64,000 bases of DNA from Parcubacteria group bacterium M6-OD1-1 (lineage in GTDB: Bacteria > Patescibacteriota > Minisyncoccia > GWC2-36-17 > M10-OD1-4): the NCBI GenBank assembly GCA_003056085.1, contig LSNK01000001.1, forward strand, positions 88,729 through 152,728, read 5' to 3'. Both the position numbers and the translations under genes were made by a program. Below, piece after piece: positions 31,431-41,736 of the stretch (positions within the stretch are counted from its first letter, which is position 1; each line of letters opens with the position of its first letter). The notes under the pieces were generated by a model that was not told where the DNA came from, ran no database searches, and saw nothing but the letters and a program-made list of their open reading frames with translations.

Positions 31431-32498
31431 CTATTTTATGAGCATCCTAAGCTCCGCAGGATTAAGCGAGTGAATTTCAGCGTCTTCCATAGTTATAAGC
31501 CCCTCTTGAACCAATTTAGAAAGTGATTTATTTAAAGAAACCATTCCCATATCCGAAGAAGTTTCTATAACAAGATCAATTTGATGAGCCTTTCCCTCCC
31601 GAATAAGATTTCTAACTGCCGAATTTGCTATTAAAAGCTCATACGCCGCAACTCTGCCTCCACCTATTTTAGGAATAAGTCTTTTTGAAAGAACTCCGAG
31701 CAAAGTTCCTGCAAGCTGAGCCTTTATTTGGTTTTGCTGCGCCGGTGGGAATGAGTCAATTATCCTGTCTATGGTTTGTGCGGCGTTGTTTGTATGCAAA
31801 GTTGAAAATACTAAATGCCCTGTTTCTGACGCTGTAATTGCCGCAGAAATTGTTTCCGGGTCTCTCATTTCGCCAACCATAATGACATCTGGATCCTGAC
31901 GCAAAATAGAACGCAGAGCTCTCGTAAAGCTCTTTGTGTCATTTCCAACCTCTCTTTGATCAACCACTGACTTTACGTCCTTAAATAAATATTCTATGGG
32001 ATCCTCTATTGTAACTATATGATCTTTTCTTTGTTGATTTATCTCGTCAATCATAGCGGCAAGCGTTGTTGATTTTCCTTGCCCCGAAGGTCCAACCACA
32101 AGAAAAAAACCTTGAGAAGTTTTTAAAAGATCATGTATAATTTCCGGATGCATAAGCTCATCTAATGTTTTTATGGTTTCCGGGATAAGTCTTAGGGCTG
32201 CTGCAAATTTACCTCTTTGAAAAAAAACATTGACACGAAACCTTCCTATGCTGTCTACAGTATAGGAAAAATCTATTTCTTTCTCTTCCAGAAATCTTTT
32301 TTTCTGATCTTGACTTAAAATTAAAGACATAAAATCTTCACCTTTTTCTTTTGTTATAACTCCCGCTTCATCAAAGGTGACCAAAGAGCCGTCTATTCTA
32401 AATTGCGGTTTCCTGCCGACTGACAAATGCAGGTCGGAGGCATTTCTTAAAACAACTTCTTGAAGCAATCTTTCAAATTCTTCTTTCAGGTTATTCAT
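31431..32498 (-). CDS. pilT: Twitching-motility retraction ATPase PilT
   Basis: Walker A GPSGQGKSTT, Asp/His boxes and a PilT-type C-terminus, 355 aa. Confidence 0.85.
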   Translation of the reverse strand: MNNLKEEFERLLQEVVLRNASDLHLSVGRKPQFRIDGSLVTFDEAGVITKEKGEDFMSLILSQDQKKRFLEEKEIDFSYTVDSIGRFRVNVFFQRGKFAAALRLIPETIKTLDELMHPEIIHDLLKTSQGFFLVVGPSGQGKSTTLAAMIDEINQQRKDHIVTIEDPIEYLFKDVKSVVDQREVGNDTKSFTRALRSILRQDPDVIMVGEMRDPETISAAITASETGHLVFSTLHTNNAAQTIDRIIDSFPPAQQNQIKAQLAGTLLGVLSKRLIPKIGGGRVAAYELLIANSAVRNLIREGKAHQIDLVIETSSDMGMVSLNKSLSKLVQEGLITMEDAEIHSLNPAELRMLIK

Positions 32499-32514
32499 AA
32501 ATATTTTTTAAAAA

Positions 32515-32904
32515 TTAATTATTAGCGCAAGAACCTAAAATCTCACTTACTTTTTTAACAACTTCTTTTGGTGTGTAATTTGCCTTAATAAGGTAATCTT
32601 TAGCGCCAAGATTCATAGCTTTATCAATCTCCTCTTTTTGACCCAAGTTAGTCAACATCACTACCGGTATATCTTTATATTCATCTACTTTTTTAATGGC
32701 AGCTAATGTTTCCAATCCATCCATTTTTGGCATAACTATATCCAAAAGCACAATGGCCGGCCTTAATCCTTCAGAAAGCATTCTAATTCCGGTTTCTCCA
32801 TCTTCTGCCATAACAGCATCAAACCCTTCAGAATTAAATTTAGTTTGATACATATCGGACAGAAAATTATCATCTTCAATTATTAAAACTTTCTTATTTT
32901 CCAT
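32515..32904 (-). CDS. CheY-like single-domain response regulator (PilG/PilH-like position)
   Basis: VLIIEDD...DIVMPKMDG...K receiver-domain residues, 129 aa, no output domain. Confidence 0.8.
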   Translation of the reverse strand: MENKKVLIIEDDNFLSDMYQTKFNSEGFDAVMAEDGETGIRMLSEGLRPAIVLLDIVMPKMDGLETLAAIKKVDEYKDIPVVMLTNLGQKEEIDKAMNLGAKDYLIKANYTPKEVVKKVSEILGSCANN

Positions 32905-32934
32905 ATTTTTAAAAATTAAAATAAATTATTAAAA

Positions 32935-34650
32935 CTAAACTGTATCCTGCAAAACATCCTCCAATGATATCATGCCTTTTAAAACTTTAATAATGCCGTC
33001 CTGTCTTAATGAAATCATATTCTGTCTTTTTGCTTCTTCATTTATCTTTTCATCAACCTCGCCATTTATTATTATACTTTTTAATTGCGGTGTCATTTCC
33101 AAAACCTCAAATATAACCATTCTTCCAATAGTCCCTTTATGAGCACACTTTGGACATCCTACAGCCTGAAAAATTTTAAATTCCTGTTTTCTAACTTCAT
33201 CCTGCAAAAACTGGGGCATTTCCGATATATTTTTATCAAGTATTTCTTTTGCTCTTCCTTCCGGTTTGTATTCCGCTTTGCAATCATTGCAAAGTTTTTT
33301 GATAAGCCTTTGGGCTATAATAAGATTTAAAGCCGAAGGAAGCAAAAATGATTCAACCCCCATATCTATAAGACGGGAAACAACCCCGATTGCATCATTT
33401 GTATGCAAAGTTGAAAACACTAAATGACCGGTTAACGCAGCATGCACCACTAAAGTTGCTGTCTCTGAATCTCTAACCTCACCAACCATTATAACATTCG
33501 GATCCTGACGCAAGATACTTCTTAAACCGGAAGCAAATGTATAGTCAATTTCAGGCCTTATCTGAGACTGATTAACTCCATTTACATAATATTCCACAGG
33601 ATCCTCCAAGCTTATTATATTAACTTCCTCATTATTTAAAACTCCCAGCATCGACTGTAAAGTCGTTGATTTACCGGAGCCGGTAGGTCCTGTTGTCAGC
33701 ACCATTCCAAAAGGTTTCTTTAAAGACCTCTCAATGACTTCATAAGAATGCCCGAAAAATCCTAATTCCTCCAAAGTTTTAAGACCGGTTGACGGATCCA
33801 AAAGACGAAGCACAACCTTCTCACCTTCAATGGTAGGAAAAGTTGAAACACGAAAATCTATAGGATTTCCGTCTATTCTTATTCTAAATCTTCCGTCTTG
33901 CGGAACTCTTGTTTCATCTATTTTAAGATTTGATAGAATTTTTATTTTAGAAATTATAGCGCTGTGAGTAGCCTTGGGCAAAGTAAGACTGGCATGAAGC
34001 ACACCGTCTATTCTAAATCTTACTCTTGTGTCATCTTCCATAGGCTCGATATGAATATCTGAAGCTTTTCCTTCATAAGCATGCTTGAAGATAACATCAA
34101 TTAATTTATTTATAGGAGCTTCCTCGGATATTTTTTCCGCTTTTTTTGGATCATCTAATTTAATCTCCACTTCTGATGTTTTTTCTTCAATTCCCTCCAA
34201 AGCCTCTTTAACTTTTGTATCTATGGCGGAATATTGCCTAAACAAAAAATTAAATTGAGAATTTGTTATCAAAAATATCTGTGCATTTAAGTTGTTGCTT
34301 GTCAAAATAAATTTAATAGCGTCTGACGCCTTGATATCCTGCGGATTCACCATTCCAACTTCCAAAAGAGATCCCTTTTTTAAGAGCGGGATTATCTTGT
34401 AAGTCCTTGAGACCTCCTCCGGTATTTGGCTTAAAGCATTCCCCGGAATAGAATAATCTTCTCTTACTTTTTTTAAAGGCACTCCGTAAAACTTGCTTTT
34501 TGCATCAAAAACAACATCTTCAGAAAATTTTTCAAGTAAAAATTCTTCTTCAGTTCCTGAAAATTCTGAAAGCTCTTCTTTAAGACTTACAGCCTCTTCT
34601 TTTGAAATTTTATGCGTTGTAAATAATATATCTATTAAAGTTTTTTGCAT
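32935..34650 (-). CDS. pilB: Type IV pilus assembly ATPase PilB (GspE family)
   Basis: N-terminal GspII domain, Walker A GPTGSGKSTTL and a tetra-Cys Zn motif (CNDC...CPKC), 571 aa. Confidence 0.9.
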   Translation of the reverse strand: MQKTLIDILFTTHKISKEEAVSLKEELSEFSGTEEEFLLEKFSEDVVFDAKSKFYGVPLKKVREDYSIPGNALSQIPEEVSRTYKIIPLLKKGSLLEVGMVNPQDIKASDAIKFILTSNNLNAQIFLITNSQFNFLFRQYSAIDTKVKEALEGIEEKTSEVEIKLDDPKKAEKISEEAPINKLIDVIFKHAYEGKASDIHIEPMEDDTRVRFRIDGVLHASLTLPKATHSAIISKIKILSNLKIDETRVPQDGRFRIRIDGNPIDFRVSTFPTIEGEKVVLRLLDPSTGLKTLEELGFFGHSYEVIERSLKKPFGMVLTTGPTGSGKSTTLQSMLGVLNNEEVNIISLEDPVEYYVNGVNQSQIRPEIDYTFASGLRSILRQDPNVIMVGEVRDSETATLVVHAALTGHLVFSTLHTNDAIGVVSRLIDMGVESFLLPSALNLIIAQRLIKKLCNDCKAEYKPEGRAKEILDKNISEMPQFLQDEVRKQEFKIFQAVGCPKCAHKGTIGRMVIFEVLEMTPQLKSIIINGEVDEKINEEAKRQNMISLRQDGIIKVLKGMISLEDVLQDTV

Positions 34651-34659
34651 AATAAAAAA

Positions 34660-35007
34660 TTAAAATGTTGAAATAAATGGATTTTTTCTCCCAGGTTTTA
34701 TAATAATCTCTCCTGACGATTCATATTTTTTAAGATTTGAATAAAAAGGATTATCTAATTCTTTTTTCATTTTGTCTATATCTCTTTTTATCTTATTGAT
34801 AATTACCGCAGAAGACTCCGAAGAAGTAATAATCTCACCTGAAACAAGTTTTGAAACTCCTGCTTGAGGAGGTGCGGGAACGGTTTTAAAAAAAGCATTA
34901 TAAATAAACATAAACCCGACTAAGGACAGAACCACCAAAACAGCCACAAGTAAATTTTGTCTTGTTCTTCCGTCTTTTGGAAATAAATTTTTAATGGAAA
35001 AATTCAT
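34660..35007 (-). CDS. Small single-TM protein in pilM-N-O block (PilP-like position)
   Basis: 115 aa with one TM helix then a soluble domain. Assigned by position only. Confidence 0.4.
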   Translation of the reverse strand: MNFSIKNLFPKDGRTRQNLLVAVLVVLSLVGFMFIYNAFFKTVPAPPQAGVSKLVSGEIITSSESSAVIINKIKRDIDKMKKELDNPFYSNLKKYESSGEIIIKPGRKNPFISTF

Positions 35008-35015
35008 AAATAAAC

Positions 35016-35564
35016 TTACTGATAATACGCGTTTATGCTAACATCAAAATCAAAAATTGGCTCAATCACCACATCTTCTTCAATAACCTGACTGGATCTT
35101 GATATTGAAAATTTTACGATATCCATAAGGTGTTTATTGTTTTTTATATCTTCACTAAAATTTAAAAATGAGTCATAAGAACCGGAAATTTTTAAATTTG
35201 CCAAAATAATATAATATTCTCCCTTTCTAACTGATTTTTTTATAGGAGTTGAAAAACTAACATCTTTTGCAATAAGTCCATTTCTTGAAATAATATAATC
35301 TATTTCAACAAGAAGATCAGCAATGTTTTTTGATTTTGGCAATATATCGTTTATTCTTTGATTGTTTTTTAAAATTGGGGCAAATTCTTTATTTATATTT
35401 CCAACTTCTTTTATAATATATTGATACCCATCAAGCTCTTGTCCTTTTGCAGTAAGACTTGCCGACACTACTCCTACTTCTCTGTATTTAGGTTCAACAA
35501 AAACAACAGTTAAAATAACGGCGATAGTTAAAAAAATTGTTCCGGTTATATACCTTTTGTCCAT
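35016..35564 (-). CDS. PilO-like pilus assembly protein
   Basis: N-terminal TM helix, a coiled segment and a periplasmic domain, 182 aa, immediately after the PilN-like gene. Confidence 0.5.
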   Translation of the reverse strand: MDKRYITGTIFLTIAVILTVVFVEPKYREVGVVSASLTAKGQELDGYQYIIKEVGNINKEFAPILKNNQRINDILPKSKNIADLLVEIDYIISRNGLIAKDVSFSTPIKKSVRKGEYYIILANLKISGSYDSFLNFSEDIKNNKHLMDIVKFSISRSSQVIEEDVVIEPIFDFDVSINAYYQ

Positions 35565-35637
35565 TTTTATAATTTAAAAATTAACTTATCGTTAATCTTC
35601 TTCTTTTTGCTTTTCATCTTTTATTTTATCTTTAAAT

Positions 35638-36162
35638 CTATTTTTTGATATTTAGCAAAACTGAAAATTTAACACCTTTTTCAACTAAAGAGATGTCTGA
35701 TATTTCGTAACTTGATATATCTTTATTTTTAAAATACAAACTCACCTGTTCAGATAGACTTTTTGGATTCAAAGCAACTCCGATTAATTCCACTTTTCCT
35801 CTCATAACATCAAAGTCAGTATTCTCATAATAAACTCTTGGATGAATTGAACTTGAAATGACAGACAAAAGCTTGTTTGGGTCGGCGTGATTTTTTCTTA
35901 AATTTTCAACCACACTAAGTTGACCCTCCACTTCATTAAGTCTTCCTATCTCACTTGAAGTATTTTCTATATTAAGGTTTTTAATGGATTCGGCCACTTG
36001 GTTTAAGTTTTCAGTCAATATTGAATTGTAGAAAAAAAGACCGATATAAGAACCTGCGCTTATTATTAAAAAAATTATTGAGGTCGTTAAAAAAATCCCT
36101 GAAATTTTACTTTCTTTCGCTTCTATTTCAACATCGCTTTGTAATAGAGAAATATCCGGCAT
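35638..36162 (-). CDS. PilN-like pilus assembly protein
   Basis: Short cytoplasmic N-terminus, a TM helix and a periplasmic domain. Follows pilM. Confidence 0.5.
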   Translation of the reverse strand: MPDISLLQSDVEIEAKESKISGIFLTTSIIFLIISAGSYIGLFFYNSILTENLNQVAESIKNLNIENTSSEIGRLNEVEGQLSVVENLRKNHADPNKLLSVISSSIHPRVYYENTDFDVMRGKVELIGVALNPKSLSEQVSLYFKNKDISSYEISDISLVEKGVKFSVLLNIKK

Positions 36163-36320
36163 AGTTAAAAGTTAAAAATTAAAACCTTATGGTAATTATA
36201 CAATAAAAGTTGAAAATAAAAAAATTTATTTATACTTAATAATTGATGAGTTATAGATTGCAGTAATTTATAAAAAATAGCCTATAAACTAACACCCGCC
36301 TCTAATTCTTCAATAACAAA

Positions 36321-37403
36321 TCAGCGCCGCATAGCAAGTCCAACTGCAACAGAAAAAGACGGACCTATATTCTTTAAAGTTTTCTGAAGCTCTTCTGGAT
36401 AAATTAATCCCGAAAATGGATCAGCAACAGATGCTTTAATCTTTAATTTTTCTTCAAAATACTCAGATAGCCCAAGCATATTGGCAGAGCCTCCGCTTAA
36501 AAAAACCTCGCTAATTCTATGATTGCTTTTATTAAAATAAACATTCATAATTCTTTCTGTTTCCGCTAAAACTCCGTCTATCGTACGAAAAACATCTTTA
36601 GCATCTTCTTTTTGCGCCGGTGTCATCTTCAAACCCATGGCTTTTTTCAGCTCTTCGGCTTTTTTATAATCTCCTTGAGTAATTTTTAAAAATGCTTTTG
36701 TTATGGCAACCCCGGAAATATCATAATTATGAGACAGCCTGACAAATCCGTTATCAACTATACAATAATTGGTGGACTTTGACCCTACATCAATTATTAA
36801 AACCGGACTTTTAATGCCCTTGGCTATGGATCTTGCCATTGGAAATGTTTCCATTTCCAATGCCACAAGATCAACGCCGGACAACATTGATATATTGGAA
36901 TATTTACTTTTTACTTCATTTGGTATAGCAACCAAAAGAACTTGAATTTTATTCACCTTAGACCCTTCTTCTTTTTTTTCTCTTTCTATAATAGTTGAAC
37001 TTAAAGAAACCTGATCCATAGGAACCGGTATATATTGTCTTGCTTGAAATTCTATTGCTTTTTTAAGTTCGTTTTTTGAAAGATCAAGCATCTCTATAAC
37101 TGTAGAAAAACTTGAGAAAACAGGCACACTCATAGCGGTTTTTTTTGCTTCTGCCCCTGATTCTTTTATTATTTTTATAATCAAATCCGCGACTTGATCA
37201 TCAAGCACCCTTAAAGAAGCTTCTTCAAACTCACCTGCATCACCTCTTGAAAAAAGATGTATTTCGCCATAAGTATCAAGTTTGTATTTAGAGCCCTTCC
37301 TTGTTAATTGAACTATTTTTATAGAAGATGTCCCTATGTCCACACCCAAAAATGTGTGTTCTCGAAAAAGCTCAAGAAAGTTTATTTTTTGCGTTAATTT
37401 CAT
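36321..37403 (-). CDS. pilM: Type IV pilus assembly protein PilM (actin-like ATPase)
   Basis: LGVDIGTSSIKIVQL phosphate-1 motif of the actin/FtsA fold, 360 aa. Confidence 0.85.
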   Translation of the reverse strand: MKLTQKINFLELFREHTFLGVDIGTSSIKIVQLTRKGSKYKLDTYGEIHLFSRGDAGEFEEASLRVLDDQVADLIIKIIKESGAEAKKTAMSVPVFSSFSTVIEMLDLSKNELKKAIEFQARQYIPVPMDQVSLSSTIIEREKKEEGSKVNKIQVLLVAIPNEVKSKYSNISMLSGVDLVALEMETFPMARSIAKGIKSPVLIIDVGSKSTNYCIVDNGFVRLSHNYDISGVAITKAFLKITQGDYKKAEELKKAMGLKMTPAQKEDAKDVFRTIDGVLAETERIMNVYFNKSNHRISEVFLSGGSANMLGLSEYFEEKLKIKASVADPFSGLIYPEELQKTLKNIGPSFSVAVGLAMRR

Positions 37404-37422
37404 TTTATAATTTTAAAACAAC

Positions 37423-38706
37423 CTATGGTCTTTGCTCTTGAAACTCTGGAATGGGTTTATTAACATTTAGTTCCCCGGAATTTTTTGTTTCAGTGCAAGG
37501 ACCTCCTGTATTATCTCCTGTTATAGAAAGTGATATTATTTTATCTCCTGAACTTAAAAATTGAACCGTCGGGTCAGCTACTGTTGCATCATCAGTCCCT
37601 TGATATATAGAGTCTGCAATATCCCAGAAAAATGTATCACCAAAAGCTGAGGTGCAATCTCTCAAAATATCACCTGTAAAACATTGAGTAACTCCTGTAC
37701 TTGTAAATAATGTATCTAAGTTTGGAACTATAAATACCGGACTCCATGTAAAGTCAACCACAGGACGTCTATTTACTTCAATGAAAAAATCCGGAGAGCC
37801 TGCCATCTCTGTTACCGGAGAATCCTGACTGATGAAATTAGTAACCTTCACATTCCAATTATAACTCTCGCCCCTGATAAGAGTTGTCCCAACATAAGTA
37901 ACAGACTGTGTTTCTCCAGGTAATCTGACTATATTCCCCGTTATTGTCGCAACCGGCAAAATATCACCAATTTTAGTTACAGTTATTTCATAACTTTGCA
38001 TATTATAAAAATTTGAAAGATCGTATGTAAAATTAAAAATAGGAACTCTATTGTCGGTGCAATAAATTATAGATGTCCCTGTCGGAGTAACAGTAGGCGC
38101 CTCCGGCGCTAACCTTGCTTCGTATATTGAAGGTCCTGGAGTTCCATCCGAATCATCGCTAAAACTTATCCAACCGGGCACCACATCACCCCAAGCAAAT
38201 CCATTGAAAGTTCCGTCTCCTGCTGCAGCAACCTGATAATTTGATATTGCACAATTTCCTCCATTTTGACAGGAAAAAGAAATCCAGCCATTCGAAGCCT
38301 CCCCAATACTTGATAAAACTCTCGCCCAACCCAGAAGGTTTCCATTCGGATCTAACCTTGCCGTACAAGATCCGCTCGGACAACCAACTACATCAGCGGC
38401 ATTAAAAGAAATCCACCCAAGATTATCACTCCATGCATATCCCGAAGACTCCCTTGTTGTATGGGAAAACAAAACACCATAATCTGAAGTGGCGCAAACA
38501 CCTTGATTTTGACAACTCATACTTATCCATCCCGTATTTTCAGACCAAATCCAACCCAAAACATCAATTCCCTGACCTGCTGCCAAAGCAGAAGGCTCCT
38601 TGCGGGTTTCAGACCAACTTACAAAAACAAAAACAGCAAGAAAAACCACTAAGCCTGCGGCAAAAAAAATCTCTGCTTTACGCATATTGTGAATAATTTT
38701 TTTCAT
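37423..38706 (-). CDS. Secreted protein with GW(I)SxS repeats, at the head of the pilus locus
   Basis: N-terminal TM/signal, then repeated ...NTGWISMSCQNQGVC / NLGWISFN / SNGWISFSCQNGGNC / VPGWISFSD units. Same repeat type as the 44040 protein. Confidence 0.55.
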   Translation of the reverse strand: MKKIIHNMRKAEIFFAAGLVVFLAVFVFVSWSETRKEPSALAAGQGIDVLGWIWSENTGWISMSCQNQGVCATSDYGVLFSHTTRESSGYAWSDNLGWISFNAADVVGCPSGSCTARLDPNGNLLGWARVLSSIGEASNGWISFSCQNGGNCAISNYQVAAAGDGTFNGFAWGDVVPGWISFSDDSDGTPGPSIYEARLAPEAPTVTPTGTSIIYCTDNRVPIFNFTYDLSNFYNMQSYEITVTKIGDILPVATITGNIVRLPGETQSVTYVGTTLIRGESYNWNVKVTNFISQDSPVTEMAGSPDFFIEVNRRPVVDFTWSPVFIVPNLDTLFTSTGVTQCFTGDILRDCTSAFGDTFFWDIADSIYQGTDDATVADPTVQFLSSGDKIISLSITGDNTGGPCTETKNSGELNVNKPIPEFQEQRP

Positions 38707-38826
38707 TGTTTTAATTATACATTATTTTTCAAAAAAAATAAAAGGAAAATTATCAACTATTGCTCTTTACTTTTTTTCAAAATGTTGTAAAATTATATTA
38801 AGTCAATTTTAGAAGGGAGAAATATC

Positions 38827-39048
38827 GTGAGCGAAAAACCGGCAGATACCGATTTCTATTTTTCTGATCTTGAAGGCTATATGAAAGAGCAGGTGAAAGA
38901 AGCTTTGAGTTCCGTAAATAAAAATGTCGCATCAAAAAAACTCGGCCGTGAACCAACAGATGAAGAGGCTATCAAGCATTGGCTGGCTCATAAAGGCCCT
39001 GAAAACTTTGCAGAGCAGCACCGCTCTAAATTTTTAAAAAAGAAATGA
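38827..39048 (+). CDS. Small hypothetical protein (GTG start)
   Basis: 73 aa, charged. Followed by a strong terminator. Confidence 0.35.
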   Translation: MSEKPADTDFYFSDLEGYMKEQVKEALSSVNKNVASKKLGREPTDEEAIKHWLAHKGPENFAEQHRSKFLKKK

Positions 39049-39065
39049 TATTTCTCTTGAAATTT

Positions 39066-39100
39066 AATCCCGCGTTTAAATAAACGCGGGATTTTCATTG
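39066..39100 (+). terminator. Rho-independent terminator
   Basis: aatcccgcgttta-aa-taaacgcgggatt then ttcattg, a perfect 13-bp stem. Confidence 0.7.
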
Positions 39101-39168
39101 CCAAATTTAACCTTGAAAACATAAATTATAAATGATATAAAGAATGTATTACACAATAAATAAAAATC

Positions 39169-41736
39169 ATGGAAACATTAAATAAAATTTTTGAAAAATT
39201 TACATTGCATGCAAAGAATCTTTTTTTTACAGCAATGTCAGAGATAGAAAATAAAAAATCAAAGCTTATTGCTCCGGAGCATCTTTTGAGTGCAATTTTA
39301 AAAGAAAATGGTTCTTTGGCATATAATCTTTTGATGGTAAATGGAGTTAAACCAAAAAAAACAACTCCAAAAAAATCGGATGCTGATGCTTCTTATTCTC
39401 AAAAAACAAAAAAAAATCAAACAGAAATAAATCAAATAATTCTTTCAAAGTTAGATAATGCATCAAAAGAAATTTTAGTAAAATCAGTAACCGTAGCAGC
39501 ATTTCACGAACATAAATATATAGGATCAGAACATATCCTTTATGCAATTTTAGAAAAAACAGATCTTCTGAAAAAAAATAAAAATTATGAACAGCTGAAA
39601 AAGCAGACTCGTGAAATACTGGGTTCTTCTTCTCAGTTTCAAAATCTTCAAGAAGTTCCGCCAAATATTGCAAAAGGAAATTTTTTAAGCCACACAACCA
39701 CAAAAAAAGAAAATGCACAGCCAAAAAAAGAAATGGAAAAGGAGCTAAAAAATGACGAAAAATTTCCGGCTCTTTCTTTTTTCTGCGAAAATTTAAACAA
39801 AGAATGCAGCACTAAAAAATCAATGCCTGTTTTTGGCAGAGAAAAAGAAATAGAAAGGATATCTCATATTCTTTTAAGAAAACTAAAAAACAATCCTCTT
39901 CTCATTGGAGAGGCGGGAGTTGGGAAAACGGCAATAGTAAAAGGACTTGCTCAAAAAATAGTTAAAAAACAAATTCCCGCAGCGCTTTTAGACAAAAAAA
40001 TATTCTCTTTGGATATGGGGCTTTTAATTGCCGGGACATCATTTAGAGGAGAATTTGAAGCAAGACTTAAAGACATTTTAGAAGAAGCGGAAAACGAAGA
40101 AGTTGTTTTATTCATAGATGAAATACACACAATAGTGGGCGCAGGCTCAGCATCAGGTTCGCTTGATGCCGCAAATATGATAAAACCTGTGCTGTCGTCA
40201 GGAAATATTAAAATAATAGCCGCAACAACACCAAAAGAATACAAACTAACTATCGGAAAAGACACAGCCTTAGCAAGAAGATTTCACCCTGTGATAATAA
40301 AAGAAGAAACTCCAAAAGAAACACTCAGAACAATCTCGGGACTGAAAGAGACATATCAGGAGCACCACAACATAAAAATATCCGATGAAGCGATTGAGCA
40401 TGCTATTTTATATTCAGAAAAATATTTCCCGCAAAGAAAACTGCCCGACAAAGCTTTGGATTTAATAGATGAAGCATCTTCGTATCTAAGCAACACAAAA
40501 ACGGCCTCAAAAGACCAGCAAGAATTATCCGAAATTAAAAAAGAACTTGAAACTGTTATAGACGAAAAAAGAATGGCGGTTTTCAATGAAGATTACAAAA
40601 CTGGAAATGAACTTAAAAAAGTAGAAGGGTTTTTAGAGCAGGAAGCAAAGTTCCTGCAAAAAAGCATAGAAAGAGTGGGCTTCCAAGAACCGAGACTGAC
40701 TCTAACAAAAGAACATATAGAAAAAACTTTATATAAAATTCTAAACTTGCCGAAAACCGAAAAAGAAAATGAGAAAAAAGTTCTGAATCTCAAAAAGCAT
40801 CTGTTGAAAAATATTATCGGTCAAAATGAAATTATAAAAAAAGTTTCAGAAAACATTATAAGAGCGCACGCAAATATAAGAAAAAAACAAAAACCTCTCG
40901 TTTCTTTTGTATTTTTAGGACCGTCAGGAGTTGGAAAAACCGAACTTGCAAAACAAATTGCAAAAGAAGTTTTTGGAAGCTCGTTTGGCTACAATAAAGA
41001 GTTTAATTCTTTTATAAGAATAGATATGTCTGAATTTTCAGAACCTCACAGTACATCAAGACTACTCGGCTCCCCTCCCGGATATGTCGGGTTTGAAGAG
41101 GGTGGTTACTTAACGGAGAAAGTTAAAAATAACCCAAGGTCTCTTATTCTTTTTGATGAAATAGAAAAAGCTCACCCTCAAATATTTAACATATTGCTTC
41201 AAATATTAGATGAGGGGGTTTTAACCGACTCAAATTCTCAAGCGGTTGATTTCAAAAATACCATCATCGTTATGACATCCAACATAGGAACTGAGGAATT
41301 TAACAAAGAAACTTTGGGATTTTTCGGACAAGAGAAAAAAGAAGCAAGGAAACACTTTGAACAGATAAGAGAAAAAACAAAGAAGTCTTTAAAAGAGATT
41401 ATGCGTCCGGAACTTATAAACAGAATAGACAGCATACTTACCTTTTTACCCCTCTCTCCCGAAGCTCTTAAAAAAATAGTTAAAAAGGAGATAAAAGAAT
41501 TTAAAACACAGCTTAAAAAATCCAAAAATATTGATCTTGAAATCTCGGAAGATGTGCTCAAATATTTAACGGAAAAATCCCAAAGCAAAGATGAAGGAGC
41601 AAGACTTGTAAAAAGAATGATTGAGGAAAAAGTTGAGTTTCCTTTGGCTGAAAAAATATTATCAGAAAAAACAAAAGATGGAGATAAGATAAAAATATCC
41701 CTCGGTAAAAACGGGTTAGAAATTTTTGAGAACTAA
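39169..41736 (+). CDS. clpC: Clp/Hsp100 family AAA+ chaperone (ClpC/ClpB-like, two AAA modules)
   Basis: Clp-N repeats, D1 Walker A GEAGVGKTAIVKGLAQKI, D2 Walker A GPSGVGKTELAKQIA, a sensor-2 region and a short middle domain, 855 aa. Confidence 0.85.
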   Translation: METLNKIFEKFTLHAKNLFFTAMSEIENKKSKLIAPEHLLSAILKENGSLAYNLLMVNGVKPKKTTPKKSDADASYSQKTKKNQTEINQIILSKLDNASKEILVKSVTVAAFHEHKYIGSEHILYAILEKTDLLKKNKNYEQLKKQTREILGSSSQFQNLQEVPPNIAKGNFLSHTTTKKENAQPKKEMEKELKNDEKFPALSFFCENLNKECSTKKSMPVFGREKEIERISHILLRKLKNNPLLIGEAGVGKTAIVKGLAQKIVKKQIPAALLDKKIFSLDMGLLIAGTSFRGEFEARLKDILEEAENEEVVLFIDEIHTIVGAGSASGSLDAANMIKPVLSSGNIKIIAATTPKEYKLTIGKDTALARRFHPVIIKEETPKETLRTISGLKETYQEHHNIKISDEAIEHAILYSEKYFPQRKLPDKALDLIDEASSYLSNTKTASKDQQELSEIKKELETVIDEKRMAVFNEDYKTGNELKKVEGFLEQEAKFLQKSIERVGFQEPRLTLTKEHIEKTLYKILNLPKTEKENEKKVLNLKKHLLKNIIGQNEIIKKVSENIIRAHANIRKKQKPLVSFVFLGPSGVGKTELAKQIAKEVFGSSFGYNKEFNSFIRIDMSEFSEPHSTSRLLGSPPGYVGFEEGGYLTEKVKNNPRSLILFDEIEKAHPQIFNILLQILDEGVLTDSNSQAVDFKNTIIVMTSNIGTEEFNKETLGFFGQEKKEARKHFEQIREKTKKSLKEIMRPELINRIDSILTFLPLSPEALKKIVKKEIKEFKTQLKKSKNIDLEISEDVLKYLTEKSQSKDEGARLVKRMIEEKVEFPLAEKILSEKTKDGDKIKISLGKNGLEIFEN

